From positions 1,020,001 through 1,052,000 of the forward strand of contig NZ_CP026606.1 of assembly GCF_002945325.1 (NCBI RefSeq): a stretch of DNA of 32,000 bases, in the 5' to 3' direction. The first letter of the stretch is position 1. Every line of letters begins with the position of its first letter. The position numbers and the translations under genes were made by a program. Shown here in pieces: positions 14,640-23,839 of this stretch. The notes beneath the pieces were generated by a model. It had not been told where the DNA came from. It did no database searches and worked only from the letters and a program-made list of their open reading frames with translations. The DNA comes from Methanococcus maripaludis. Its GTDB lineage: Archaea > AGJL01 > Methanococci > Methanococcales > Methanococcaceae.

Positions 14640-15113
14640 ATGGTAAAAGAACTTAAAATAGTGGTAATGGGTTCAGAAGATGTGGGTAAAACCACGTTAA
14701 TGGAAAATTTAATTAAAAATGTGGGTAAAGTGGAACACAATGGTACAACTGTGGCGATAGACTATGGTAGAATTGAAATGGATGATAAAAAATTCCATTT
14801 CTTTGGAACTCCTGGTCAGGAAAGATTTGGTTTCATGAGGGAAATTGCGGTTGAGGGGGCAGATTATGCTCTTTTAGTTCTTGATGCCACCGTTGGTTTA
14901 AGGAAAGTGGATAATGATATTATTAATCTGTTATCTACTAAGAACATCCCGTTTTCAGTATTTATAAATAAAATGGACATTTGCAACGAATCAAATGCAG
15001 TTGAAATAATAAATAATTTGAACGGTTTTATAGAAAGTTCAAATATTGTTACAGGATCGATCTACCGAAAAGAAGGTTTATCAGAAATAATGGATCAATT
15101 GAAAATAATCTAA
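14640..15113 (+). CDS. Small Ras/Arf-like GTPase (MglA-like)
   Basis: IVVMGSEDVGKTTLMENL (P-loop), FHFFGTPGQERF (G3), INKMD (G4); the ORF-track start at 14577 overlaps hmdII, whereas ATG 14640 gives a compact N-terminus. Confidence 0.85.
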   Translation: MVKELKIVVMGSEDVGKTTLMENLIKNVGKVEHNGTTVAIDYGRIEMDDKKFHFFGTPGQERFGFMREIAVEGADYALLVLDATVGLRKVDNDIINLLSTKNIPFSVFINKMDICNESNAVEIINNLNGFIESSNIVTGSIYRKEGLSEIMDQLKII

Positions 15114-15127
15114 GTGGGGTAATAGTT

Positions 15128-15472
15128 ATGATTGATAGAATTCTTGCAGATTTGAGTAAAACTGAGGGAATAAAAGGTTCAATGGTTGTAGGAAAAGATG
15201 GTCTTGTTATCGCATCACAAATTCCTTCAAACCTCGATAGCGAACTTATCGGTGCAATGGCTTCTGCAGCATTTGGTTCTGCGGAAAGAACTGCATCAGA
15301 AATCGCTCAAGGGCCACTCGAACAGATGATGGTTGAAGCAGAATTTGGTAAAACTTTAATGACTGATGCAGGAGAAGGAATTTTAGTTGTACTGTCTGAT
15401 TCAAAAGTTAATCTTGGTTTAATCAGAATATCAATGAAAAAAGCAACAGAAAAAATTAAAACTGCATTTTAA
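15128..15472 (+). CDS. Roadblock/LC7 domain protein (MglB-like)
   Basis: MIDRILADLSKTEGIKGSMVVGKDGLVIASQIPSNLDSELIGAMASAAFGSAERTA... is a classic roadblock/LC7 pattern. Confidence 0.85.
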   Translation: MIDRILADLSKTEGIKGSMVVGKDGLVIASQIPSNLDSELIGAMASAAFGSAERTASEIAQGPLEQMMVEAEFGKTLMTDAGEGILVVLSDSKVNLGLIRISMKKATEKIKTAF

Positions 15473-15643
15473 GGTATTAAACAGTTTAATTGTTTAGGAC
15501 CTTACTATTTGAAATAATTAATAACATTTAAATATTTAGGTACCCATAATAGATACGGGGATATGGATTTTAAATGTTTTCGGCAGTGGTGGGGGTAAAC
15601 TCGACATCTCACGACTGTATTCATACACACTTTTTTTATTTTT

Positions 15644-16588
15644 TTAAAAGAAATTTAATATTTCATAGATTTCGTTTTCGCTTATTTTGTGAATGTCCAT
15701 TTTTTTTATCTCCAAAACAACGCCTTTTCGTAAGATTCTCTCATATAATGGACACATTGTGAGGATCGATTTTCCATTGTTCAATTTAACAGATTTATCG
15801 ATATTTTTAGCGATTTCTTTTGGATTTTCGTAACTTAAAAATACTGAAACTCCGTTCGAATCCTTAAAATATGCATTTTCCATGTTTTCTTTGACAATAT
15901 TTGAAAATTTTATACATAATTCGTAAGACTTTTTTGAAATCAGTGTTTCTTCTATCATTTTCCCGTAAATATCGGGCATTTTGTAGGTTTTTAAAAGGTT
16001 TTTAACATCTTCTTTTAGATGTTTATCTTTTAAATTTTCATTAATTTTTTTAGAAAATCCTAAAAATCCGCCGTATTCGCAATTTATAATTTTTGGTGAC
16101 CCTGTTGAACAAACAATTATATCTCCATACCCACAATCTCCACCAATTTTTCCAGAAACATCTTCTATAAACAAACAATCGTTTTCACTGCATACTTTTG
16201 CAATTTCTTTTAATGGCTGTTCTGCAAGGTATCCTGCAAGTGACGTTAAGAAGAGAGATTTTGCACCACATTCTTTAATTTTTTCATCTAGAATTTCTAA
16301 GTTAACTACTCCAAGATCCGTTTTTAGTGTTTCAACAGTTAATCCTGATAATTTAGAATATGTTTCAAAACCTTTCCATCCGCCCATGTCGGGAATTAAT
16401 GTTTTTGAATTTGGATTTAATTTTGACACGATTTCTGATGCAATATGAATTGCAGAATTTCCTGAGGGGAGTATTTGGATTTCTTTTTCTGAATATAAAC
16501 GATCATTTATTATCATTTTTAATTCATCGAGATTTCCAGAAGTTTTAATTTGTGATTCGATGCAGGGTTTTCTGTGCGGGATAATCAT
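15644..16588 (-). CDS. PLP-dependent aminotransferase-like (fold type I) protein
   Basis: LPSGNSAIHIASEIV, LIPDMGGWKGFETY, CLFIEDVSGKIGGDCGYGDIIVCSTGSPKIINCEYGGFLGF, resembling the DegT/Cys-desulfurase region with the Lys after CSTGSP. Confidence 0.65.
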   Translation of the reverse strand: MIIPHRKPCIESQIKTSGNLDELKMIINDRLYSEKEIQILPSGNSAIHIASEIVSKLNPNSKTLIPDMGGWKGFETYSKLSGLTVETLKTDLGVVNLEILDEKIKECGAKSLFLTSLAGYLAEQPLKEIAKVCSENDCLFIEDVSGKIGGDCGYGDIIVCSTGSPKIINCEYGGFLGFSKKINENLKDKHLKEDVKNLLKTYKMPDIYGKMIEETLISKKSYELCIKFSNIVKENMENAYFKDSNGVSVFLSYENPKEIAKNIDKSVKLNNGKSILTMCPLYERILRKGVVLEIKKMDIHKISENEIYEILNFF

Positions 16589-16717
16589 CTGTTCACCAGA
16601 ATATTTTTTCTTTTAATTTCCTTAATTTAATTTTTAAAAGAATAATGACATTGTATATATATTAGTTTTTCTAATAGTATCTACTTATAAGAATAAACGT
16701 ATAATAATAGTGATACC

Positions 16718-17608
16718 ATGGACCCAAAAATCAGTTATTTTCAAACATTTTTATTTGCGGCAAAGACTAAAAGCTTTTCTAAAGCTGCGAAAAAATTGGG
16801 AGTCACCCAAGGAACTGTAAGCAACCATATATCTGTTTTAGAGAAATTCTTTGATGCACAGCTTTTTTTGAGGACTCCTGAAGGAGTTGATTTAACTACT
16901 GAAGGAAACATCCTCTATGAAAATGCAGAAAAGTTGCTTGAAAATATATCTAATGCAAAACAGCAGATGAGAATTCTGCACGAACATCCTGAAGGCTTAA
17001 TTCGGATTGCTGCAAGTACTACCCCTGGAGAACATCTACTACCAAGTATAATTAAAGACTATACTAAAGTTTATCGAGATGTGTCTTTTCAGATTCAAAT
17101 TACGGATTCTGAAAAATGTTTCAAGCTTTTAGAAGACAGGGCAGTTGACATAATTGCAGTTGGAAATATTTATGATGGATCATACGAAAGCGAAGTAATC
17201 GGAAAAGATAGGCTCGTACTCGTAGTTCCTCCAGAACATGAACTTGCGAAAAAAGGAGTCGCAAAACTTTCAGATATATTAAAAGAAGATTACATCGATA
17301 GAGAAGTTGGATCCGGTACAAGAGAGATATTTGTAGACGCACTTCAAGATAAAGGCTATTCAATGATGGATTTACACACGATAATGAGCCTTGGAAGCAA
17401 TTCTTCGATAATTACTGCAGTTTCAGAAGGATACGGTATATCAATTATTTCAGAAATCCCTGCAAAAAAAGCGGCAGATGCAGGACAGCTAAAAATAGTG
17501 CCTATTGAGGATTTAGATCTTACTCGATACATGTATCTTGTAAAGGGTAAAAAACCAAGAAACCCAAGTGCAATAAAATCATTCTGGGACTTTGTGTCAG
17601 GAAAATAA
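16718..17608 (+). CDS. LysR family transcriptional regulator (candidate HrsM-like)
   Basis: ISYFQTFLFAAKTKSFSKAAKKLGVTQGTVSNHISVLEKFFDAQLFLRTPEGVDLTTEG (LysR HTH) plus a PBP-like effector domain. Confidence 0.92.
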   Translation: MDPKISYFQTFLFAAKTKSFSKAAKKLGVTQGTVSNHISVLEKFFDAQLFLRTPEGVDLTTEGNILYENAEKLLENISNAKQQMRILHEHPEGLIRIAASTTPGEHLLPSIIKDYTKVYRDVSFQIQITDSEKCFKLLEDRAVDIIAVGNIYDGSYESEVIGKDRLVLVVPPEHELAKKGVAKLSDILKEDYIDREVGSGTREIFVDALQDKGYSMMDLHTIMSLGSNSSIITAVSEGYGISIISEIPAKKAADAGQLKIVPIEDLDLTRYMYLVKGKKPRNPSAIKSFWDFVSGK

Positions 17609-17682
17609 TTTTGAATCACTTAAAAAACCATATATATTTTTTGTATAATAATTCATATGAATTAAAAATCACTGGTGAGTGA

Positions 17683-18435
17683 ATGTTCAGGGCTACATGT
17701 AATACAAGAGATTTTAAAAAAGTTATAAATGCAACCAGCAATTTAGTAGATGAAATTTGTTTTGAAGTGGACGAAAACGGGATCAAGGCAAGCGCAATGG
17801 ACCCGTCGCACGTGGCGTTAGTGAGCATGGAAATGCCAAAAGACGTTTTTGAAGAATATGAAGGCGATATTCAAGATATCGGAATTGATTTAGAAGCACT
17901 TAAAAAAATCATTGCAAGAGGAAGGGGCGACGAAAAATTAATCCTGGATCTTGATGTAGAAAAAAATAAATTAAATATTACTTTTAAAAGCAACGTTACA
18001 AGGAAGTTTTCAATCGCGTTATACGATGTTTCATCAAGTAATTTAAAAGTTCCGGACATCGAATATCCAAACAGCGTTTCAATCAAAGCGGGTGCATTTG
18101 TTGAAGCATTAAAAGATGCAGAACTTGTAAATGACCACATAACCTTGAAAATCGATGAAAATAAATTTGTAATTTATTCAAAAGGCGATTTAAACCAGAG
18201 TGAAACCGTATTTGACAACAGCATTGACGATGACGACAACGCTCTTGCAGACTTTAACATGGGTGAAGCTTCAAGAAGTACTTTCAATTTAGCTTATTTA
18301 AAAGATTTAACAAAATCAACCGCTGCAGAAGATCTTTTAAAAATATATCTTGGTTCTGATATGCCTGTAAAAATCGAGTACGAAGTAAGCGGTTCAAAAC
18401 TTGTATTCTTACTTGCACCAAGAATTGAATCCTAA
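17683..18435 (+). CDS. pcn: DNA polymerase sliding clamp PCNA
   Basis: [52 protein letters not shown]... [22 protein letters not shown]. Confidence 0.97.
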   Translation: MFRATCNTRDFKKVINATSNLVDEICFEVDENGIKASAMDPSHVALVSMEMPKDVFEEYEGDIQDIGIDLEALKKIIARGRGDEKLILDLDVEKNKLNITFKSNVTRKFSIALYDVSSSNLKVPDIEYPNSVSIKAGAFVEALKDAELVNDHITLKIDENKFVIYSKGDLNQSETVFDNSIDDDDNALADFNMGEASRSTFNLAYLKDLTKSTAAEDLLKIYLGSDMPVKIEYEVSGSKLVFLLAPRIES

Positions 18436-18459
18436 ATTTATTTTTTTTAGAATAATAAC

Positions 18460-19056
18460 GTGAAAAACATGTATAAGAAAATAAGGGATGCATTTTTCAA
18501 CGAATTTTTTAAAGAAGGACTAAATGATCTTCCGGAAAATTTTTACAAAGATGCCCGAAACTATCTCGAGACAATCGATGATAAAATTAAATTTGAAAGG
18601 GTAAAATACTACTTAAATAATCTTTTAAGTTTTAGAATTTATAAGGTAAACTGTTTAAAAGAAAGCCCAAATAAGTTCACGCCCGATGAAAAACGGGTCG
18701 TAGCTTTTATCGAAGAAACGTGCTGTGGATCTGGAAATGAAGATTACATTTCAAAAATAGATGAATCCGATAAAAAAAAAGCCAAATTTTCAGCTAATTT
18801 AGATAAACCGGAAGAAAAAACCGATAAGTGTCAAATACCAAAACATATAAATACTGAAAGTGATATTGATATTGTAAGAGTCATCACTAAGTTCCCCTGC
18901 TTTACAGATGGGAATTTACAGTATGTTTTACACAAAAATGACGTTATCTCTTTGGATAGGAAATTTTCAAAGATTTTAGAGAAACACAATATTATCAAAC
19001 GGGTGAACATTCATGAAGATGAAAAAAAAGATAAACAGATATTGCCCATACTGTAA
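18460..19056 (+). CDS. GINS complex subunit (Gins51/15-like)
   Basis: N-terminal [16 protein letters not shown]...[14 protein letters not shown] and C-terminal [44 protein letters not shown] resemble GINS A and B domains; located directly after PCNA as in many archaea. Confidence 0.7.
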   Translation: MKNMYKKIRDAFFNEFFKEGLNDLPENFYKDARNYLETIDDKIKFERVKYYLNNLLSFRIYKVNCLKESPNKFTPDEKRVVAFIEETCCGSGNEDYISKIDESDKKKAKFSANLDKPEEKTDKCQIPKHINTESDIDIVRVITKFPCFTDGNLQYVLHKNDVISLDRKFSKILEKHNIIKRVNIHEDEKKDKQILPIL

Positions 19057-19294
19057 AAAGCACACCGCACACACAGTAGAACGAGCTAAAAAAAGAAAAG
19101 CTAGCGAATTGAAATGGGGTCAAAGACAGTTTAGACGAGTTACTGCAGGATACGGAGGGTACCCAAGACCTTTACCTGGAGGAGCTAAACCAATTAAAAA
19201 ATTGGATTTAAGATACAAATGTTCCGAATGCGGAAAAATGCACACAAGAAGCAACGGCGGCTTCAGAGCAAGAATGTTTGAATTAACAGAATAA
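19013..19294 (+). CDS. rpl44e: 50S ribosomal protein L44e
   Basis: [37 protein letters not shown]..., four-Cys zinc site. Confidence 0.96.
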   Translation: MKMKKKINRYCPYCKKHTAHTVERAKKRKASELKWGQRQFRRVTAGYGGYPRPLPGGAKPIKKLDLRYKCSECGKMHTRSNGGFRARMFELTE

Positions 19295-19316
19295 TTAAGA
19301 AAAACGGTGAGAAAAC

Positions 19317-19502
19317 ATGCAATTAATCTCAAAACCTAAAAGCAGATTTTTAAAAGTTCAGTGCACTGACTGCAACAATGAACAAGTTATCTTTGGATGC
19401 CCTTCAACAGAAGTTAAATGTGCAGCATGCGGTAAAATCATTGCTGAACCAAAGGCATCAAAAGGTGCAATCAAAGCAAAAATCTTAGAAGTATTACAAT
19501 AA
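19317..19502 (+). CDS. rps27e: 30S ribosomal protein S27e
   Basis: SRFLKVQCTDCNNEQVIFGCPSTEVKCAACGKIIAEPKASKGAIKAKI. Confidence 0.96.
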   Translation: MQLISKPKSRFLKVQCTDCNNEQVIFGCPSTEVKCAACGKIIAEPKASKGAIKAKILEVLQ

Positions 19503-19615
19503 CTCTTTTTATTCTTTTTTAAACGTCTTTAAAATTAGTTCAATTTTATAATTGTTTAAATACTAGTGAGTATAAACACTCCATATGCTTATTATAAGAT
19601 AATCAAGGTGGAATC

Positions 19616-20413
19616 ATGAGAAACGATTTTCCTGAAGAAGGGGACATTATAATCGGAAATGTTATCGACGTTAAATCTTTTGGGGCATTTATCGAACTTT
19701 TAGAGTATCCTGGGAAGGAAGGAATGGTTCACATTTCTGAAGTTTCTTCTGGATGGATTAAAAATATAAGAGACCATATCAAAAAGGGTCAGAGAGTAGT
19801 TGCAAAGGTAATGAGAGTAACTCCTCATAAAAACCAGATAGATCTTTCATTAAAAAGGGCAACTGATCAGCAGAAAAAAGTTAAGGTTCAGGAATGGAAG
19901 AGATTCCAAAGAGCTGAAAAATTACTCCAGTTTGCTTCAGAAAAACTTGGAAAAACAATCGAAGAAGGATGGGAAGCTGCAGGATATCCTTTAATTGACG
20001 AATTCGGTGAATTATACGATGCGTTCGAATCGATTGTAATTGAAGGAAAAGAAGTTTTAGATGAACTCGAAACACCACTTCCACAAGAATGGGCAGACGT
20101 AATTTACGAAATTGCAAGTGAAAACATAGAACTTTCAAGCGTTAAAGTGTCAGGAATAGTTACACTTACAACGACCGAGCCAACTGGTGTAAAAATCATT
20201 AAAAACGGTTTGAAAAAAGCTTTAAAAGCAAATCCTTACGAGGACGTGGAAGTAAATATCACTTACATCGGAGCTCCAAAATATAGGGTAGAAGTACTTT
20301 CACCAGACTATAAAAGCGGAGAAGACGTGCTTAGAAGAGTATCTGAAGAAGCAATCGACTTTATAAAAAAACACGCTGGCGGAACTGGAAGCTTTGTAAG
20401 GGTTGAAGAGTAA
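19616..20413 (+). CDS. eif2a: Translation initiation factor aIF2 subunit alpha
   Basis: MRNDFPEEGDIIIGNVIDVKSFGAFIELLEYPGKEGMVHISEVSSGWIKNIRDHIKKGQRVVAKVMRV (S1 domain). Confidence 0.97.
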   Translation: MRNDFPEEGDIIIGNVIDVKSFGAFIELLEYPGKEGMVHISEVSSGWIKNIRDHIKKGQRVVAKVMRVTPHKNQIDLSLKRATDQQKKVKVQEWKRFQRAEKLLQFASEKLGKTIEEGWEAAGYPLIDEFGELYDAFESIVIEGKEVLDELETPLPQEWADVIYEIASENIELSSVKVSGIVTLTTTEPTGVKIIKNGLKKALKANPYEDVEVNITYIGAPKYRVEVLSPDYKSGEDVLRRVSEEAIDFIKKHAGGTGSFVRVEE

Positions 20414-20421
20414 TTGATACT

Positions 20422-20577
20422 ATGAAAATGAAAAAATGCCCTAAATGTGGAAAATACACATTGAAAGATTTTTGTAGTGAATGCAACGAAAAATCCGTTA
20501 CAGTGAAACCTCCAAGATTTTCCCCAGTAGATAAATACGGAAAATACAGAAGAGCTCTTAAAAAAGCCAAAATGTGA
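20422..20577 (+). CDS. nop10: Ribosome biogenesis protein Nop10 (51 aa, absent from ORF track)
   Basis: My translation: [51 protein letters not shown]; diagnostic KPPRFSPxDKYxxYRR motif. Confidence 0.95.
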   Translation: MKMKKCPKCGKYTLKDFCSECNEKSVTVKPPRFSPVDKYGKYRRALKKAKM

Positions 20578-21248
20578 AATTTATGGTTGATTTGAGATAT
20601 TCTTCAGGAAATATTTTCAGTGAATCGGTCCACGAAATAGGAATTATTGCGCTTGGATCATTTCTTGAAAATCACGGTTCTGCCCTTCCAATCGATACCG
20701 ATGCAAAAATTGCATCATACATCGCATTGAATGTTTCAATTATTACCGGAGCAAAATTTTTGGGGGTAGTTCTCCCTTCAACAGAATATTCTTACGTGAA
20801 ACACGGTATTCACGATTCCATCAAAGATGTAATTAATTATATCAAATATCTGGTTGAAAATGGTAGAAAAATCGGGATTAAAAAATTCCTGATTATAAAC
20901 TGCCACGGTGGAAACATCATAATCGAAGATGAACTTTTAAAATTAAATTCTAAAGACTGTTTTATCACGATGAAAAGTGTCTGTTTAACCCATGCATCAA
21001 CTGAAGAAGTATCTTTGGGGTATGCCGTTGGAATACTTTCAGAAGATAAAATGAAGACCCACGATCCAAAAGTATATGGTGAAATTGGAATGGTCGGCCT
21101 AACAGAAGCACGGGAAAAAAATGAAGCTATAGATTTAGAAGCAAAATCTGTGGAAGAAAATGGTGTTTTTTTAGATAAAGTTAATGGAAAATCCCTTTTA
21201 AACGATTTAATTAATAATTATGTTGAAATTGTTAAAAATATGATTTAG
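20574..21248 (+). CDS. arfB: Creatininase-family protein, probable ArfB (FAPy deformylase, flavin/F420 biosynthesis)
   Basis: [35 protein letters not shown]... [10 protein letters not shown]...; ATG at 20583 is a likely alternative start. Confidence 0.8.
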   Translation: MKFMVDLRYSSGNIFSESVHEIGIIALGSFLENHGSALPIDTDAKIASYIALNVSIITGAKFLGVVLPSTEYSYVKHGIHDSIKDVINYIKYLVENGRKIGIKKFLIINCHGGNIIIEDELLKLNSKDCFITMKSVCLTHASTEEVSLGYAVGILSEDKMKTHDPKVYGEIGMVGLTEAREKNEAIDLEAKSVEENGVFLDKVNGKSLLNDLINNYVEIVKNMI

Positions 21249-21257
21249 GTGATTTAT

Positions 21258-21713
21258 ATGTGGGAAAATTCCCCTTCACACATCTGCAGAGGTGGCGATT
21301 TAAGAGGACTTGCATTTTGCTGCCCTCCTGTAAAGTACTGCCCATTACATAAAGCGTTAGAATCAATTGAAATGCCAGTAGAAGAATTTTCAAAAATAAA
21401 GCAGGATTTTGGAAGTAGGACTAGACTAGGACTTGGTAAAAATACCTGTTTTGGAAGTTTGATCTGGTGCTGTAAAATCACAAAACCATGCCCATTTAGG
21501 GATAGTGCAATGCTTGCAATCGACATGGGTGAAGACGAGTACATGGAACTTAAAAAAGAACTCGCAGAAGAAATAATCAGAAAATCAAAATTGTTTGAAG
21601 AAGGCGTTAAAGCTTTGGAAGAACAGGGAATTTCAAGAGAGGATGCAGAAAAAGCAATTTTGGAAACTGGCGACTTAAAAAAAGCATATGAAATTGTTAA
21701 AAAACAAATTTAA
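21258..21713 (+). CDS. Cys-rich conserved archaeal protein (possibly methanogenesis marker 9-type)
   Basis: HICRGGDLRGLAFCCPPVKYCPLHKALE...NTCFGSLIWCCKITKPCPFRD. The ORF-track start at 21249 is a GTG; ATG 21258 lies 10 nt downstream of an RBS-like 'aggtga'. Confidence 0.55.
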   Translation: MWENSPSHICRGGDLRGLAFCCPPVKYCPLHKALESIEMPVEEFSKIKQDFGSRTRLGLGKNTCFGSLIWCCKITKPCPFRDSAMLAIDMGEDEYMELKKELAEEIIRKSKLFEEGVKALEEQGISREDAEKAILETGDLKKAYEIVKKQI

Positions 21714-22618
21714 TTAACATCTTTTATTTTCGCGTTTTTGAACTCTTTAATGTTTTTAAATTCGTCTTCGCTTAATTCGTAGATTTTAAAGACGGTATTA
21801 TTTAATATACAGAAATTTTTAATCATCCTGTAAGCTTTATCTCCGTCATAATTTTCTAAAAAAGCCATGATCGGGGATTTATCGTTTGACACAATCACCG
21901 CATTTTTTTCAACAATTTCTACAATTGATGGATTTTTAGGAAGTATATTATATAAAGAATCATTTTCAACAATTTTTGGTGATTTTTCTTTAATTTTTTC
22001 TACTAATTCTTCGAAAGATACGAAATTTTTCAACAATGCATCTTTATTTTCGCCCAATATTTCATCCAAGTCCTGTTTTGATATTTTTTCAGGGCATATT
22101 TTTACATCGCTCACTGCAAAAATAGTCTTTAATTTACTCAATGCTTTTGGACCAACAAGGATTTTATCTTTTTTCTGATATATTGCGGCAATTTCTTCTT
22201 TATTTGAAAATAGAATGGTTCCTATCTCTTCTTTGTATTTTCTAGGAAATAGTGTAACTTTAAAAAGTCCGTATCCAACGTAATTTTCAATATTTCCATA
22301 AACATCTACGAAAATATCTTTTGGACTACTCTTTTCATCAAGATTATTTACGGACACTCTTTCGAGTAATTTATTTACTCGATTAGAACTCATATTTATG
22401 GCATCAATCTGGAATTCTTCAGGAATACTTTTAAAAATATCATTTAAATCCATTTTTTTGTCATTTAAACTAGAAAAAACAAGTTTTGAGTTTATGTAGT
22501 ATAATTTAGCATTATCAAGGGAGATAATTCCTGTAAAATTGTTCAAAATAGATATTAACTCTTTTAAATCAGGAATTCCTCCTTTTTTAGAGTACATTTT
22601 TTCCATAAAACCCACCAA
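21710..22618 (-). CDS. Conserved hypothetical protein (302 aa)
   Basis: Long ORF, convergent with the preceding gene; stop codons share the tetranucleotide ttaa (21710-21713). Confidence 0.7.
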   Translation of the reverse strand: MVGFMEKMYSKKGGIPDLKELISILNNFTGIISLDNAKLYYINSKLVFSSLNDKKMDLNDIFKSIPEEFQIDAINMSSNRVNKLLERVSVNNLDEKSSPKDIFVDVYGNIENYVGYGLFKVTLFPRKYKEEIGTILFSNKEEIAAIYQKKDKILVGPKALSKLKTIFAVSDVKICPEKISKQDLDEILGENKDALLKNFVSFEELVEKIKEKSPKIVENDSLYNILPKNPSIVEIVEKNAVIVSNDKSPIMAFLENYDGDKAYRMIKNFCILNNTVFKIYELSEDEFKNIKEFKNAKIKDVN

Positions 22619-22628
22619 AAATATAAAA

Positions 22629-22718
22629 CGGCGCAGGGGGGGAATCGAACCCCGAATTCCAACGGAACTCGACGGATCTGAAGTCCGCCCTCATCTACCA
22701 AGATAAGCACCCCGTGCC
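22629..22718 (-). tRNA. selC: tRNA-Sec (anticodon UCA)
   Basis: Minus-strand 90 nt: GGCACGGGG-TG-CTTATCT-TGGT-AGATGAG-GGCGGA-CTTCAGA-TCCGTC-GAGTTCC-GTT-GGAATTC-GGGG-TTCGATT-CCCC-CCCTGCGCC-G. It has a 9-bp acceptor, 7-bp D stem, 6-bp anticodon stem, 7-bp variable arm and 4-bp T stem; CCA is not encoded. Confidence 0.96.
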
Positions 22719-22748
22719 ACGAAGCCAAGATATAAACTCTTTTTAAAG

Positions 22749-22758
22749 ATATATAAGT
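22749..22758 (-). promoter_or_regulatory. Candidate TATA box for tRNA-Sec
   Basis: 'cttatatatc' on the minus strand, 31-40 nt upstream of the tRNA 5' end. Confidence 0.6.
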
Positions 22759-22814
22759 CTTTTTGTTTACTTTCCTTTTAAACTTTATTAAAAAACGTTT
22801 TAAAAAAAGAGTTA

Positions 22815-23828
22815 TTAATTTTTAATAGTCTGGTGAATATTTATTAAATCGCTTAATATGGCAGATGCAGTTTCAATATCTCCTGCACCAGTTCCTACAA
22901 CTACGATATCGTTTGCAAGATCTGTATCAAACATTGCAACATTTAAACAGCCCATAACATTTAAGGGGCTGTCAACAGGTACAAGTTTTGGGCAAACTTC
23001 GAGTTTTTTGTCGGTAACTTCGCCTATTAATTTTATTGTATGGCCACTTTTATTTGCCATGACGAGTGCTTCAGGAGTAATTCTTGTTATTCCTTCTAAA
23101 TTTACGTCTTTAATTGTTACATCTCGTCCAAATATTGAATTTGCCAAAATTACAATTTTTGCAGCAGTATCAAGTCCGCTGATGTCTTGGTGGGGATTTG
23201 TTTCCGCAATTCCAAGTTCTTGAGCTTCTTTTAATACCGTATCAAAATCAAGCTGTTCTTTTTCCATTTTGGTTAAAATGTAGTTTGTAGTCCCGTTTAA
23301 AATTCCTTTTATTAATTTAACATCGTTTCCTGCCAATGTTTCCTTTGCAAGATTGATTATCGGCATTGCACCACCGACTGAAGCTTCGTATCTGAAACAT
23401 AATTTATTTTTTTCTGCAGCAGTTACTAATTCTTTAAATGAAACTGCAAGAGGGCCTTTGTTTGCACTCACGACGTGTTTTTTGGTTTCAAATGCTTTTA
23501 ACATGTATGATTTTGCAGGTTCTCCAGTTTCAATGTTTGTAGGACTTACTTCTACAACCACATCTGCATTTACAGAGCCTATAACTTCTAAAATATCCAT
23601 TTTACATCCTTTTTCGGGATAATTTGATATTTTTCTTGTTTCTTCTTTAACTTTTAAGGCTAGTTCTAAATCAAGGCCTTCTTCATCAATTGCAGCACCA
23701 CTGCGGTCACAAATCGCAGCAACTTTTAAATCTAATCCATATTTTTTCTTTAAATGTTCTGATTTGAGATTAATGGCCTTTAAAACACCCTTACCAATTA
23801 TTCCAAATCCTACAAGTATTATCTTCAT
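22815..23828 (-). CDS. hom: Homoserine dehydrogenase
   Basis: MKIILVGFGIIGKGVLKAI...VEVSPTNIETGEPAKSYMLKAFETKKHVVSANKGPLAV...RYEASVGGAMPIINLAKETLAGNDVKLIKGILNGTTNYIL. Confidence 0.95.
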   Translation of the reverse strand: MKIILVGFGIIGKGVLKAINLKSEHLKKKYGLDLKVAAICDRSGAAIDEEGLDLELALKVKEETRKISNYPEKGCKMDILEVIGSVNADVVVEVSPTNIETGEPAKSYMLKAFETKKHVVSANKGPLAVSFKELVTAAEKNKLCFRYEASVGGAMPIINLAKETLAGNDVKLIKGILNGTTNYILTKMEKEQLDFDTVLKEAQELGIAETNPHQDISGLDTAAKIVILANSIFGRDVTIKDVNLEGITRITPEALVMANKSGHTIKLIGEVTDKKLEVCPKLVPVDSPLNVMGCLNVAMFDTDLANDIVVVGTGAGDIETASAILSDLINIHQTIKN

Positions 23829-23839
23829 AAATTATCCCC

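Noticed and set aside
15574-15762. 62-aa ORF starting in the intergenic hairpin region
   Set aside because: Runs through the T-rich tract (FFYFFK...) and overlaps the 3' end of the PLP enzyme antisense; the region looks like RNA or terminator rather than coding.
22858-23622. Plus-strand ORFs antisense to homoserine dehydrogenase
   Set aside because: Shadow ORFs of hom; no independent RBS or family signal.
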